Origin: Candidatus Hydrogenedentota bacterium
GTDB taxonomy: Bacteria; Hydrogenedentota; Hydrogenedentia; Hydrogenedentales; JACPGD01
Direction: 5' to 3'
Length of the DNA: 49,522 bases
Assembly (NCBI GenBank): GCA_016182645.1
Contig: JACPGD010000157.1
Span: 1-49,522 of the forward strand
Part shown: piece after piece, positions 8,426 to 18,435 of the stretch
Layout of the letters: every line of letters begins with the position of its first letter
Numbering within the stretch: position 1 is the first letter of the stretch
The notes under the pieces: generated by a model
Told to the model about the DNA's origin: nothing
The model's input: only the letters and a program-made list of their open reading frames with translations
Databases searched by the model: none
Position numbers and translations under genes: made by a program

Positions 8426-10448
8426 CGACTTCCGCCTGGGTGGCCTGGGCCTGCACCTTCATGATGCGGGCCTTTCCTATGGGCTGATAACCTGCTTCCT
8501 GCAGGACAAATCCCGTCACTGGATCGGTCTCCTCGGGCGTCGCCTCGAGGAGCACACAATAAGTCAGCGGCTTGACCTGATCTTCTTCCGTCCAGTTCAG
8601 GAAGACATTGGCGTCTTTGGCCGCGACCACCTCTCCCGACAAGCGCGGGAACAGCCCTTTGAGTTGGTCCGCGAGCGCCGCACAGGCACTCTTGATCTTC
8701 GCTTCATCATTCTTATCGTCAATGAAAACGTCCAACTGATCCACGACCTGCGTGGATTCAACATTGATGGCGCGCGCGAACATCTCGATCCCGGTATCGC
8801 CTTTGGCTGCGATTTCACCGATCAGGAAGACATTGGCATTGGCGATTTTTCCCACGCGAATCGCGTACTGCGGGTCGGCCAATTGCTCCGCCGCAATCTG
8901 CTGTTCCTGCAAAATCGCGTCCAGTTGCTCGCGCTCGAGCAGATTAAAACGGGCCTGCTCCAAGAACTGTTCCACCAGGTAGCCGCGCAGGCGTGTTTGC
9001 AGGTCTGTGTCGAGCGTCGCGGCATTAAACCCCATCATCGCCACCGGCATTTTGGTCTCGACCGCGTTCAGGGGCACGGGTTCTACCTGTATGGACACGG
9101 CCTTGTCGTAAGCTGCGCCCGCGGCATCTTCCGCGTGCACGGCAATCTCCACCGTCGCTTTGCCGGACTCACCCACCTCGACGGGAAGACTCTTGTTGAA
9201 GGTCTCCTTGGGCGCTCCGGCAACCGGTTCGATTGGTTCCCCATTGACGCTGATCTTGGCCACATTGGCGCTGGAATTGACATCGCCAATGACACGCACC
9301 ATGCGGTTATGGCGGTAGGGACGTTCCGTACTGGGATATTTGATGGTGATGCCGCTGGCGCCCTCGGCCGCCGCGGCCAGCAGCATATCCAGCGAAATGG
9401 CATCCGTGGTCGAGGCCATTTTCACGCCGTCCGGCGCCAGTTTGTTCAAGCGCCACAGTTTCGCCTGCTTGGACGCCGCATCGCCCCGGTAGACCGAGAC
9501 GGCCGTGCGCGTTTCATTGCCCGCAATATCGCGCGCAATGATGATGAGGTTGTTGTCTCCGGCGCTCAGGGAAACGGTCTTCTCGAACTCGTGCCGGGGT
9601 ACGGCGTCGCCTTCATACAACACCTCTTCGCCCACGGCCACCCGTGTGACGCCATTCTTGTCCACGGCGGCGCCCTTGAGCAGCAGTGAGTCCGCCTGAG
9701 TCACCAGCGCATCGGCCGGTTCAAACACACCGATGCTCGGACCCGTTAAGTCCACGGTCACATTGACGGTACTTCTCACCTGTTTGTCGGCCAAGTCCGT
9801 GGCCGCGACATTGACCTGCTGCGGTCCTTCATTCAGGACCAGGTCCTGTTGGTGAGAGATGGCCTGCTGGCTGCCGCGCAGATGCACCGGAGTCCCGTTA
9901 ATGTCCAGGTTGTAGACGCCCACGTCGTCTTGCGCGCCCACCTGTAAATCGACCACCCGGGAGGTGATAAAGGCGCCCTCCGTCAGCGAAGTATTCAATC
10001 CTGGGTCCGACCCATCCGTAATGATACCCTTGGCCACCTTCTCCTTCTTGACCAGATCCAGGTAATAGTGGGCGCGGTCGGTGTCAACCTGTTCCAGAGA
10101 ACGTTGGAGGTACTGTTCGGCCTCTTCGACCTGGCCGAGCTTCAGGTAGGCGATGCCCAATTCGCGGTTGGGAAAGTACTCGACGAAATGCAGGCCGTAG
10201 GTGCGGGCGCGCCAGGAATCTTCCGAGTGGCCATCGAGGGCTTTCTGCAGATCGCTCACCGCTTCCTGGAGGTAGTCGCCGCTCAGGTAGGAGGCGCCAC
10301 GTTCGTAGTAACTCCACCACCGCCCGCGAAAGACGCCCTTCGTGACCCCATACTCATCCCCCCCGCGCGCGTATTGAGAGGGGGTATCGGAGGCACAGGC
10401 CCCCACGACCAAGCCCAACAGAAGCACCGCAGCCAGTCGTTTGATCAT
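8367..10448 (-). CDS. Lipoprotein with TPR-like N-domain, Ig-like repeats and a CsgG/LpoB-like C-terminal domain
   Basis: Lipobox LLLGLVVGAC. TPR-like segment (AYLKLGQVEEAEQYLQRSLE). The central section has Ig-like repeats. The C-terminal region MPVAMMGFNAATLDTDLQTRLRGYLVEQFLEQARFNLLEREQLDAILQEQQ...GKIANANVFLIGEI resembles CsgG/LpoB-type periplasmic domains. Confidence 0.65.
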   Translation of the reverse strand: MIKRLAAVLLLGLVVGACASDTPSQYARGGDEYGVTKGVFRGRWWSYYERGASYLSGDYLQEAVSDLQKALDGHSEDSWRARTYGLHFVEYFPNRELGIAYLKLGQVEEAEQYLQRSLEQVDTDRAHYYLDLVKKEKVAKGIITDGSDPGLNTSLTEGAFITSRVVDLQVGAQDDVGVYNLDINGTPVHLRGSQQAISHQQDLVLNEGPQQVNVAATDLADKQVRSTVNVTVDLTGPSIGVFEPADALVTQADSLLLKGAAVDKNGVTRVAVGEEVLYEGDAVPRHEFEKTVSLSAGDNNLIIIARDIAGNETRTAVSVYRGDAASKQAKLWRLNKLAPDGVKMASTTDAISLDMLLAAAAEGASGITIKYPSTERPYRHNRMVRVIGDVNSSANVAKISVNGEPIEPVAGAPKETFNKSLPVEVGESGKATVEIAVHAEDAAGAAYDKAVSIQVEPVPLNAVETKMPVAMMGFNAATLDTDLQTRLRGYLVEQFLEQARFNLLEREQLDAILQEQQIAAEQLADPQYAIRVGKIANANVFLIGEIAAKGDTGIEMFARAINVESTQVVDQLDVFIDDKNDEAKIKSACAALADQLKGLFPRLSGEVVAAKDANVFLNWTEEDQVKPLTYCVLLEATPEETDPVTGFVLQEAGYQPIGKARIMKVQAQATQAEVVEKSAEGVSIAQGTPAITM

Positions 10449-10675
10449 GCCCGAGTTTTCCCTTGCAGTATGGGCGAATCATACCAAATCGCCGGCGAAT
10501 TGTAAACAATTATCCACGGACGATCCGGCACGGCCACCACGTCAAAAGTATAGCACAAGACAGCACGCAACGACTGCACAAAGCGTATCGAGCACATGCC
10601 GTGTTGGCGCGGAACTGATGGGAATTGAAGCTACGGGCACCGTGTTCCCCCGCCGGGAATACTGATCTCGGGCGA

Positions 10676-11590
10676 TCACTCGAACAGCGAATTCAGGACC
10701 GCATTCGAGGGGGTGGCGGGGAAGGTGTCGCCGTATTTGATGAATTCGGCGTGGCCGTCGAGGTAGAGGGTGTTACAGCCGCCGGGGACATGGTTGTAGC
10801 CGATGCCGCCGGCGGCGTTGATGCTGATCTTGTCCCACATCATGGGCAGCGCGCTCTGGGCCTTGGCGGAGGCGGCGGGGTTGTTGATGTCGGTAACGAG
10901 GAAGCGCTCGACGCCTTCGCGCAGACGGAAGACGGCGTCTCCCCCACCGTTGCCGAATCCGTTGAGTCCGTAGTCGCCGAGGTTGACGTTGGCGTCGGTG
11001 GCGGGGTCGTCCGTGGCGTCTTCATTGAAAAGGACGGTGCCAAAGAGGAAGGACAGCCCGACCAGTTGAGCGGGGCCGGGGATGGGCGTGGTGAGTTGGG
11101 GATCGTCTTCATCGACCCGATCCAGCACGTAGCCGATGTAGTTGTAGCTCTGGTCGCCGTAGCTGATGTAGCCCACGTACTGGCAGGTGTTACTGCCGTC
11201 GTCTTCGATCTTGAGCAAGGGATTGGGCTCCGTAAGATCGGGATCGCTGGGACAAAGGAGGACGTTGGGATCAGTCAGGTATTCGGGGAAGAGCGCTGGC
11301 ATCAGCGGGCAGAACGCTGGCTGGGTCTGGAAGGAATCCGGCTTGCAGTCGGAGGCGTCCGCGGCGGCGCCGAAGGCCTGGTCGCCATGGACGCGGGGGT
11401 ACATTTCGCGGCCCTCGTTCGCGTACATCTTTAGCACGATGCCGAGTTGCTTGAGGTTGTTCTGGCAGGAGGCGCGGCGGGCGGCCTCGCGCGCACGCGA
11501 CAGGGCCGGCAGCAGTATGGCCGCGAGAATGCCGATGATGGCAATGACCACGAGCAATTCAATCAGAGTAAAACCTTGCTTTTTCATCAT
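10676..11590 (-). CDS. DUF1559 / prepilin-type N-terminal cleavage-methylation domain protein (pseudopilin-like)
   Basis: [50 protein letters not shown] is the canonical PVC DUF1559 N-terminus. The C-terminal end has [10 protein letters not shown] (the H-X9-DG type ending). I chose the start at ATGATG 11590/11587. The track start at 11626 lies within a 9-bp repeat. Confidence 0.85.
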   Translation of the reverse strand: MMKKQGFTLIELLVVIAIIGILAAILLPALSRAREAARRASCQNNLKQLGIVLKMYANEGREMYPRVHGDQAFGAAADASDCKPDSFQTQPAFCPLMPALFPEYLTDPNVLLCPSDPDLTEPNPLLKIEDDGSNTCQYVGYISYGDQSYNYIGYVLDRVDEDDPQLTTPIPGPAQLVGLSFLFGTVLFNEDATDDPATDANVNLGDYGLNGFGNGGGDAVFRLREGVERFLVTDINNPAASAKAQSALPMMWDKISINAAGGIGYNHVPGGCNTLYLDGHAEFIKYGDTFPATPSNAVLNSLFE

Positions 11591-11608
11591 GACTCCCGGT
11601 GGAGACCC

Positions 11609-11626
11609 GAAGGACATAAAGGACAT
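11609..11626 (-). repeat. 9-bp tandem repeat (ATGTCCTTT ATGTCCTTC on the minus strand)
   Basis: Two clear units lie just 5' of the pseudopilin start and in frame with it. Two degenerate 9-mers follow (GGGTCTCCA CCGGGAGTC) before the ATG at 11590. Confidence 0.6.
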
Positions 11627-11697
11627 TGCGCTGATTTTGGATTTACCGGAAGCAAGGAAGCGAGATTCCTTGTATCATGCCGGCGCCAGTTCCGGCC

Positions 11698-12630
11698 TCA
11701 CAAGTGTAACATCTGGCGAGCGTTGTCTTGAAATATTTTGGTCTGGACTTCGGCGGGGAGGTCCAGTTTATCGAAAAGGGCGAATTGCGGTACGTCCTGG
11801 TCGGGGGCGAGGTAGTCGGTGCCGAAAAAGAGGCGGTCCTGGCGGCGGATCATGAATTCGCGGCCGAATTCCTTATCGCGGGAGATGGCGTTGGCACCGC
11901 TGCCGGCGGAGAGGTCGCCGTAAAGGTTGGGATAGGCGTCCATAAGCCGATCCATGGCGCCGCCGGGCGCTACAGGCCCACTGGGGTAGCCCTCCATCTC
12001 GTCCTGTTTTACATCGCCGCTGATCGAGGCCCACCAGCCCTGCGCGTGGCCGATGAAAACGCCATCCGGCACTTCGCGGAGCACTTTTTCGAGGCCGGGC
12101 AACCCCGGCGCGTCCATATTGCGGTGATTGTCCAGATGAAAGAGGATGGGCAGGCCGAGTTCCGCGCAGGCCTTGAATACAGCGATGTTGCCAGGGTGAT
12201 CGATGGGCACGCCTGGCTTGTGCTCGCCGAAGCCTTTGGCGCCAGCGTCGCGGTACTTCGTGAGTTGGTCAATTTTGGCTTGATGCGCTTCGAGATGAAT
12301 GGTGCGCGGGTCAATCGAGCAGAAGGGAACGAGACGGTCGCGATGGTCTTTGGTTTGTTCCAAGACGTAATCGGCGCTGATGGCGTGGTCCCAGGCTTCG
12401 GGAGAAATAAGCGGTAGCACAATGGCCTGGGCGACCTCGTGGGCGTCCATCCAGCCGAGGAGGCCGGTGACCTCGAGCGGGGCTTTCGCGCCCCAGCGAT
12501 GGGTGAGGTGCGTGTGCATGTCGACGTATTTGCCGGCGGGAAAGTCCTGGGCGCGGGCGCGGGGAGCGAGCGCGGTGGCGGCGAGGGCGGCCGTTTGGGT
12601 TAAGAAGGTCCTGCGGGTGGTGCGTGCCAT
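11698..12630 (-). CDS. Tat-exported amidohydrolase-family metal hydrolase
   Basis: The start at ATG 12630 is preceded by AAGGA. Twin-arginine signal MARTTRRTFLTQTAALAATALAPRARA. Metal motif VDMHTHL, followed by FGEHKPG and GHAQGWW, typical of amidohydrolase-2-like folds. Confidence 0.75.
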   Translation of the reverse strand: MARTTRRTFLTQTAALAATALAPRARAQDFPAGKYVDMHTHLTHRWGAKAPLEVTGLLGWMDAHEVAQAIVLPLISPEAWDHAISADYVLEQTKDHRDRLVPFCSIDPRTIHLEAHQAKIDQLTKYRDAGAKGFGEHKPGVPIDHPGNIAVFKACAELGLPILFHLDNHRNMDAPGLPGLEKVLREVPDGVFIGHAQGWWASISGDVKQDEMEGYPSGPVAPGGAMDRLMDAYPNLYGDLSAGSGANAISRDKEFGREFMIRRQDRLFFGTDYLAPDQDVPQFALFDKLDLPAEVQTKIFQDNARQMLHL

Positions 12631-12648
12631 GGGGTGTCCTTTGATTGA

Positions 12649-12675
12649 ATGGACGAAATGGACTCGCTGGACACG
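12649..12675 (+). repeat. 9-bp tandem repeat (ATGGACGAA ATGGACTCG CTGGACACG)
   Basis: Three units lie between two minus-strand genes. The first 16 nt are identical to the start of the array at 33989. Confidence 0.7.
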
Positions 12676-12712
12676 TGCGCGGAGTTGAGTCGCGCGCTCG
12701 GCGAGCGCGCGA

Positions 12713-15697
12713 CTACTGCACGAGGGACATGAGGTACGCAATGATGTCCGCGAGGCCTTGTTTGCCGAGCGTCTCTTCCCAGCCTTCGGGCATTATAGAC
12801 AACTCTTCGCTGCGGATGCTTTCGATGTTCACGCGCAGGAGGGTGCTGGTTTCGCCGAGGCCGCGCTTGAGCGTCACGCTGGTGGCGGTCTCCGAGGCGA
12901 TGATGCCGGAATGGCTTTCCCAGTCTTTGGTCTCGACGGTGTAGTTAATGTACTGTGGGTTGATCTCGCGGTTGGGATCGAGCACGTTGACCAGGATTTT
13001 CTCCGGACCGCTGTTGCCGATATTCGCGAGGTCTGGCCCGACCGCAAAGCCGCGCTCCTCGAGTTTGTGGCACTGGTTGCAGTTGGCCGTGAATAGCTCG
13101 CGCCCGCGGGCGGCATCGCCTGGCATGGTCAGCACGTCTTGATAGGTTTCGACGACCTCGGTACGTTTGCCCGGCTGGTAAGACGCCAGGAGTTGTTTCG
13201 CTTGCTGTTGAATGGTCTCGTCGGGATGGTTCAACAAGGCCTGAATGCGTGTGGATTCGAGGTTTTTTGGAGCGAATTGTCCGTCCGCCATGGCTTGGAG
13301 CAACCGCTGGAGCCATGGTTTGCGCGAGAAGAGCGCTTCGATGACGCCCGAGCGGGTTTCGGGGCTGTACTGGTCCCATTCCTTGAGCAGCACCTCCCCC
13401 ACTGCTTCTTCCGGAAACTGGCGCAGCGTGCCCAGCGCAGCAGACTGCACTTCTGTGGGCTGGATCGCCTGCATCAGGGGCGGCAACACCTCCGCAACGA
13501 CCGCGTATTGATCGAAGGCGAGACTAGAGATGGCGTCGGCGCGCTGATCCGCGGGCGCCTGGCCGTCCACGGCCTTAGCATGCGCATCCGCCAGCAGACC
13601 ATTCAGCAATGCCGCCGCGCGTTGACTCTTCGCCAGGGCCTCCTGCGCGCCGGCGCCCTGGCCGCTCAGTTTGAGTCCTCTCAGCAGCCCGCGCACGGTG
13701 GCCTGGGCCAGCGTCTCTTCCGCCTCGGGGAGCATATCCACCTTGGCAAGGACGCCGTCCAGATCCTGTCCCGCGGCCCCGGCTTGCAAGGCCAGGTCTT
13801 CCAGGAAGGCGGCGCCTGCCTCGCTCTGGCGGTAGGCCGGGGCGTCCGCCAGCAGGGCGAGCACCTCCGCGGCGCCCGTCGTCAAGGAGCTGAGGATCGC
13901 GAGGCGGAACCACGCATTGCCTGCTTCACGGCGCGCGAGGGCCGCCAGGGCTTCATTCCGCGGGGGTTGATTCGGGGCCTCACCGAGAGAGAACGCGAGT
14001 TGATAACGGACACGCTGATCAGTGTCCTCCACCAGGCTGGCCACTTGATTCAGAATTTCTGGCCGGTCCTTCAGCAACGGCTCCGACAATATCAGCGCGT
14101 GAACACGCACCTGCGGCGCGGAATCCCGCAGGGCCTGCATCAGCGCCTCCGGCCGCAAGGCATCGAGGCCATCGAGCGCATAGAGCGCCCGCAGCTTGCC
14201 TTCGGGGGTCCCTGCCGCCGCCAGGGCGTCCAACTGCGGCACTGCGCTCTGGTCTTGCCGCTGATACAGCAAGCGGGCGGCGGTGCGGCGGATCCAGCCA
14301 TTCGGGCTGTCGAGCGCCTGCACGAGTTGTTCCGCCGTGGCCTCGCCGAGGCGTTGCGGCGCGGGTTGTACGAAGCCCTCCGGGACGATCCGGTAAATGC
14401 GGCCGCGGTCGTTGCCGCTGTTCAGGTCGAGATGTTGCTTGATGAGCGGCGGGAGGCTTGCCGGATGTTCGATGACCTCGCGGTACATGTCGAGCACGTA
14501 CAAAGTGCCATCGGGCGCGTTGCCAAACTGCACGGGGCGGAACCAGATGTCCTTGCTGCGAATGAATTCCGTCTGGTCGTCCATGCGGCGGGCGACCAGC
14601 GAGACGCCGTCCGCCTCGAGTTTCTTGCGGTGAATGAGATTGCTGCCCACGTCCCCGATGATCGCCATGCCCTTCAGTTCCGGCATGGCATCGCCGGTGT
14701 AGATGGTGATGCCAGTGGCGCTGGTGAAATAGCCGGCCGGTGTGCCGCCGCCCTCGATCGGGCCGGGCACCAGGCCCTTGACGCGCAGGCGAGTCCGCAC
14801 GATGCGCCATGGCTCGATCGGGCTGATGCGGAAGACATCGCCCGCGGGACCATCCGCGGCGATGCTGACACGCGGGCTGGGCGTTTCGAGGTAGGGGTTG
14901 CGCGCGACGTAGCGGTCCTCGAACATGACCAACTGGATGTGGTCGCTGTTATGACAGAGAAAGCGGCGGCCCCAATCGTCGAAGCTCAGGCCGTGCTGGG
15001 CGCCGCCGCTGGTGGCGACGATCTCGCGGGTGCGCGGGTCAAAGGCGAAATCGCGGCCGTGCAGGCCGAGCGGGCGCGCGTTGGGATCATTGGCGGGCAC
15101 GATGTCGCCGCCCGCACTGCTGGCGGCGGCATAGAACTTGTTGTCGAGTCCCCAGGTGAACGAGTTCATCAAGCCCTGGACATTGGAGAGGCTGAATCCG
15201 GTGTACACGTCCTCCTGAATGTCGGCTTTGCCGTCGCCGTCGGCATCTTTGGCGTAAAAGATGCGGGGCGGCTCACCCACAAAAATGCCGCCGTCGTAAC
15301 AGGCCACGGCGACGGGCCATTTGAGGCCGTCCACGTAGGTACTGCTGGAGTCGAATGTACCGTCGCCATTTTCGTCGGTGAGCATGCGCACCGAACTGAT
15401 GCCGGCTTCAAACTCTTCCGAATACCCGCGCATTTCCACGACGAAGAGACGGCCGTTTTCGTCAAAATCGAGGGCGACCGGATCGCGCACGAGCGGTTCC
15501 GCGGCCACCTGCTCGATATGGTAGCCCGGCTGCACTTCAAACGAGGCGAGCGCCTCTTCCGGGGGCAGAGGGGCAATGCGGGGGAGTTCCCCGCTATAAT
15601 CTTTTTCGATGCTGTCCTGGCTTTCCTCGGCGGAGGAAAGAGGCGCAAGGACGAAGGCCACGGCTGCAACAAACTTCAAAGGACGCCCGAAAGACAT
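12713..15697 (-). CDS. PVC-type membrane-bound dehydrogenase domain / HEAT repeat / CxxCH heme-binding protein
   Basis: Signal peptide MSFGRPLKFVAAVAFVLAPLSSAEE. The N-domain has DPVALDFDENGRLFVVEMRGY. The middle section has HEAT-like repeats. The C-terminal cytochrome c motif is CNQCH, followed by the conserved tail SIMPEGWEETL. I chose the start at ATG 15697. Confidence 0.85.
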   Translation of the reverse strand: MSFGRPLKFVAAVAFVLAPLSSAEESQDSIEKDYSGELPRIAPLPPEEALASFEVQPGYHIEQVAAEPLVRDPVALDFDENGRLFVVEMRGYSEEFEAGISSVRMLTDENGDGTFDSSSTYVDGLKWPVAVACYDGGIFVGEPPRIFYAKDADGDGKADIQEDVYTGFSLSNVQGLMNSFTWGLDNKFYAAASSAGGDIVPANDPNARPLGLHGRDFAFDPRTREIVATSGGAQHGLSFDDWGRRFLCHNSDHIQLVMFEDRYVARNPYLETPSPRVSIAADGPAGDVFRISPIEPWRIVRTRLRVKGLVPGPIEGGGTPAGYFTSATGITIYTGDAMPELKGMAIIGDVGSNLIHRKKLEADGVSLVARRMDDQTEFIRSKDIWFRPVQFGNAPDGTLYVLDMYREVIEHPASLPPLIKQHLDLNSGNDRGRIYRIVPEGFVQPAPQRLGEATAEQLVQALDSPNGWIRRTAARLLYQRQDQSAVPQLDALAAAGTPEGKLRALYALDGLDALRPEALMQALRDSAPQVRVHALILSEPLLKDRPEILNQVASLVEDTDQRVRYQLAFSLGEAPNQPPRNEALAALARREAGNAWFRLAILSSLTTGAAEVLALLADAPAYRQSEAGAAFLEDLALQAGAAGQDLDGVLAKVDMLPEAEETLAQATVRGLLRGLKLSGQGAGAQEALAKSQRAAALLNGLLADAHAKAVDGQAPADQRADAISSLAFDQYAVVAEVLPPLMQAIQPTEVQSAALGTLRQFPEEAVGEVLLKEWDQYSPETRSGVIEALFSRKPWLQRLLQAMADGQFAPKNLESTRIQALLNHPDETIQQQAKQLLASYQPGKRTEVVETYQDVLTMPGDAARGRELFTANCNQCHKLEERGFAVGPDLANIGNSGPEKILVNVLDPNREINPQYINYTVETKDWESHSGIIASETATSVTLKRGLGETSTLLRVNIESIRSEELSIMPEGWEETLGKQGLADIIAYLMSLVQ

Positions 15698-15791
15698 GCC
15701 ACCACACTCGCTTTTGGTTGAACCACCTGAAAAAATCACATCACCCGCCAAGGTGATGCGGGAGTATCCAACGAGGGAGGGAGTGAATTCA

Positions 15792-17294
15792 ATGAAGATG
15801 ATGGCATGTGGGTTTGGGCACGCGTGGGAGGAGATTCTTCGCTTCGCTCAGAATGACCCCGAAAGGGGACGACAGGGGCAGCAGGGACTTAAAGGGCCAA
15901 GAGGACAGGCAAAGACTACCCTGGGTGCTGTTGCTGGGAGGTTGCCTGTCCTGGCCATTTTCCTGATCGTTCATGGGGCGCTGGCGGAGGCGCCGGTGGG
16001 GGCGCTGTCGGTAAGTGGGCACTCGTCGCTTCAAGCGGCCATCGACGCCAACCCGGGCAAGGTGCTGTACGTGCCGGCGGGCGACTATATCCTGGAAGCG
16101 CCTGTACGTATCAGTAGCGACCAGGGCGGGCTGTGGGGGCCGGGCCGGTTGATTCAATCGAAGCCGGACCAGAACATCGTGGAGATAGCGAACGCGCGCG
16201 GGGTGCGTATCCATGATCTGACGCTGATGCGGGCGGAAGGCAGCCAGGATTCGACGGCCCACGCGTTGTATGCAACCCAGTGCCGGGATTTGGAGGTGGC
16301 TGGGCTGCAAGTCATCGACAACCGCAGCCAAGCTGGTACGATCTACCTGGATCATTGCCGGGAGTCGGTGGTGCGGGATTGCTTGGTGCGCAACTATCAG
16401 CGCGTGGGCGTGGATGATCGTACCAGCAGCCCGCTTTATGGCTACGCCTTCAGAGTGATCGACGGTACCGGGATACAAGTGACTTTTAGTTCCGGCATCC
16501 AGATCCTGGACAACCGGGTGATTGAGGACAACCTTTATCCCGATGAGGCGACGAAGACGAAATACGAACTGGGCAAATTGACGGAAGGCAAGCAGCCTCG
16601 GACGAAGGGCACCATAGGACAGCCAGGCGGCGACTACGTCAACAATTGGCATCAGGGCTCCGCCATCACCGTTTCCTCGCCGGAAGACACCAATCACGTC
16701 GCGATTGTGGGCAATTACATTGAAAACGCGGCGCAGGGGATCGACATGCACACAGACAACAGCATTTGCAGCCGCAATGTGATTCATTACGCTTTTGTCG
16801 GCCTCAAGTGCATGCACGGCGCGAAGAATGTCATCATCTCCGACAACATCGTCACGCACAACGACCTGTGGGGCCTGGTGATGCTGCCCGGGGTCCTCTC
16901 GCATCCAACGGAAGCGGCCTCCGAGGGAAAAGAGGCGCACACCGCAAATTTTACCCGCGGCAACATTATCGCCAACAACATCTTCAGCGATTATGGGTTG
17001 GGTCACGAATCTTACAACTGGGCCGCGCAACGCGCGGGGGTGATCAGCCTGGAATCAGGGCAGTTGCCTGAAAATCCGATCATGACCGACGTCATTATTG
17101 AGGGAAACATTGTGTACGACACTGCGCGCGAGCAGATTCTCGAAGAGGGCATGCCCAAGGACGTGCCGCCGCGATATGACTGGGCCGTCTACATCACGCC
17201 CGATCTCCGGCCGCAAGGGCTGATCTTCCGCGACAATATTTTTCATCCTGGGACAGAGGGGGTGTCGAACATAGCGTTGGAAGGGGAAGAATAG
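15792..17294 (+). CDS. Right-handed parallel beta-helix repeat protein
   Basis: Repeated beta-helix turns (VRIHDLTL, DLEVAGLQVIDN, VVRDCLVRN, IQILDNRVI, VAIVGNYIENAAQGIDMH, NVIISDNIVTHN, NIIANNIFSD, IIEGNIVYD). Start ATG 15792 has GGAGGGAG 8 nt upstream. The first roughly 45 aa include a copy of the 27-nt repeat, and a hydrophobic segment LPVLAIFLIVHGALAEA follows. The start is uncertain. Confidence 0.7.
   Translation: MKMMACGFGHAWEEILRFAQNDPERGRQGQQGLKGPRGQAKTTLGAVAGRLPVLAIFLIVHGALAEAPVGALSVSGHSSLQAAIDANPGKVLYVPAGDYILEAPVRISSDQGGLWGPGRLIQSKPDQNIVEIANARGVRIHDLTLMRAEGSQDSTAHALYATQCRDLEVAGLQVIDNRSQAGTIYLDHCRESVVRDCLVRNYQRVGVDDRTSSPLYGYAFRVIDGTGIQVTFSSGIQILDNRVIEDNLYPDEATKTKYELGKLTEGKQPRTKGTIGQPGGDYVNNWHQGSAITVSSPEDTNHVAIVGNYIENAAQGIDMHTDNSICSRNVIHYAFVGLKCMHGAKNVIISDNIVTHNDLWGLVMLPGVLSHPTEAASEGKEAHTANFTRGNIIANNIFSDYGLGHESYNWAAQRAGVISLESGQLPENPIMTDVIIEGNIVYDTAREQILEEGMPKDVPPRYDWAVYITPDLRPQGLIFRDNIFHPGTEGVSNIALEGEE
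15831..15857 (+). repeat. 27-nt dispersed repeat, copy 2 (gagattcttcgcttcgctcagaatgac)
   Basis: Matches 6889-6915 at 25 of 27 positions in the same orientation. It lies within the predicted 5' end of the beta-helix ORF. Confidence 0.7.
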
Positions 17295-17320
17295 GAAGAA
17301 TGGGAAGTATGGGAAGGAGT
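17285..17320 (+). repeat. 9-bp tandem repeat x4 (GGAAGAATA GGAAGAATG GGAAGTATG GGAAGGAGT)
   Basis: Four head-to-tail units span the stop of the beta-helix gene (TAG 17292-17294) and end in the manC Shine-Dalgarno sequence (AAGGAG). Confidence 0.8.
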
Positions 17321-17325
17321 GAGTT

Positions 17326-18420
17326 GTGAGTTTCTTGCGTGTGGCGGTCATTATGGCGGGTGGGTCTGGGGAGCGGTTCTGGCCGCTGTCGCGAAAGGAA
17401 CACCCTAAGCAACTGCTGCGGTTGACCAGCGCGACGGAAACGATGCTGCACGAGGCGGTGCGCCGGATCGAGCCGGTGATCCCGCGCCAGCACATCTATA
17501 TCCAAACGATGGAGCACCTCATTCACCCCATCCGTAAGGCGGAGGTGGGCGTTCCGGCGGAAAATGTGATTGCGGAGCCGTGCAAGCGCAATACGGCCGG
17601 CTGTCTCATCTATGCCGTGGCGCACCTGCTGGCGAAATATGGAACGGACCCCGCGACGCTGAGCATGGCCGTGCTGACGGCCGATCACATCATCGGCTCC
17701 GAGGAACTGTTTCGGAAAACGGTGGTCAATGCGCTTGGGGCCGCCGAGCGGGAACCCTTGCTGGTAACCATTGGTGTGAAGCCGACGCGGCCCGCGACCG
17801 GCTACGGCTATATTCAGACGGCGGAAACCACAGCGAACAAGCCGGTGCTGACGGTGCAAGCATTTCACGAGAAGCCGGACCTGGAGTCGGCCCAGCGATA
17901 TGTCGCGGCGGGAAATTACTACTGGAACGCCGGGATGTTCTTCTGGCGCATTTCCACGTTTCTCGACGAACTGAGGCAGGCGCAGCCGGCGATGGCGGCA
18001 CGAACCGTGGAATTACGCGATGCCCTTCAGGCGCTCGATACACAGCGCGCACACCAAGTGTTTCAAACACTGGAGAATACCTCGATTGACTATGCCTTGA
18101 TGGAAAAAGCGCGGCGCGTCGCCATGGCGCCCGCGAATTTCCCCTGGGATGACATCGGGACTTGGGCGGCCCTCGACCGGACGCGCCAGCCGGACACGGC
18201 GGGAAATATCACGGAGGGTGGGCCGGTGCTGGTGGAATGCCGTGACTGCATTGTCTACAACGCGGAGGGGGCCGACGGCATGTCGGTGGCGGTCGTGGGG
18301 GCAGACAACCTGGTCGTCGTTGTTACGAAGGACGGCGTCCTGGTGGCGCCCAAGGACCGGACCGAAGACGTCAAGAAGGCGGTGCAGGAACTGGAACTGC
18401 GGAACGCGCGGCAAGTTTAG
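17326..18420 (+). CDS. manC: Mannose-1-phosphate guanylyltransferase (no PMI/cupin domain)
   Basis: VAVIMAGGSGERFWPLSRKEHPKQLL is the classic ManC/CpsB N-terminal motif. Later segments include GYGYIQ and YWNAGMFFW. The GTG start has AAGGAG 6 nt upstream. Confidence 0.85.
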   Translation: MSFLRVAVIMAGGSGERFWPLSRKEHPKQLLRLTSATETMLHEAVRRIEPVIPRQHIYIQTMEHLIHPIRKAEVGVPAENVIAEPCKRNTAGCLIYAVAHLLAKYGTDPATLSMAVLTADHIIGSEELFRKTVVNALGAAEREPLLVTIGVKPTRPATGYGYIQTAETTANKPVLTVQAFHEKPDLESAQRYVAAGNYYWNAGMFFWRISTFLDELRQAQPAMAARTVELRDALQALDTQRAHQVFQTLENTSIDYALMEKARRVAMAPANFPWDDIGTWAALDRTRQPDTAGNITEGGPVLVECRDCIVYNAEGADGMSVAVVGADNLVVVVTKDGVLVAPKDRTEDVKKAVQELELRNARQV

Positions 18421-18435
18421 CCGGAGAGATGAAAT

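Noticed and set aside
13139-15721. 860-aa + strand ORF
   Set aside because: It is antisense to the PVC-type dehydrogenase/HEAT/CxxCH gene, which has clear conserved motifs. The composition is Arg/Gly/Ala-rich and the ORF has no RBS or domain signature.
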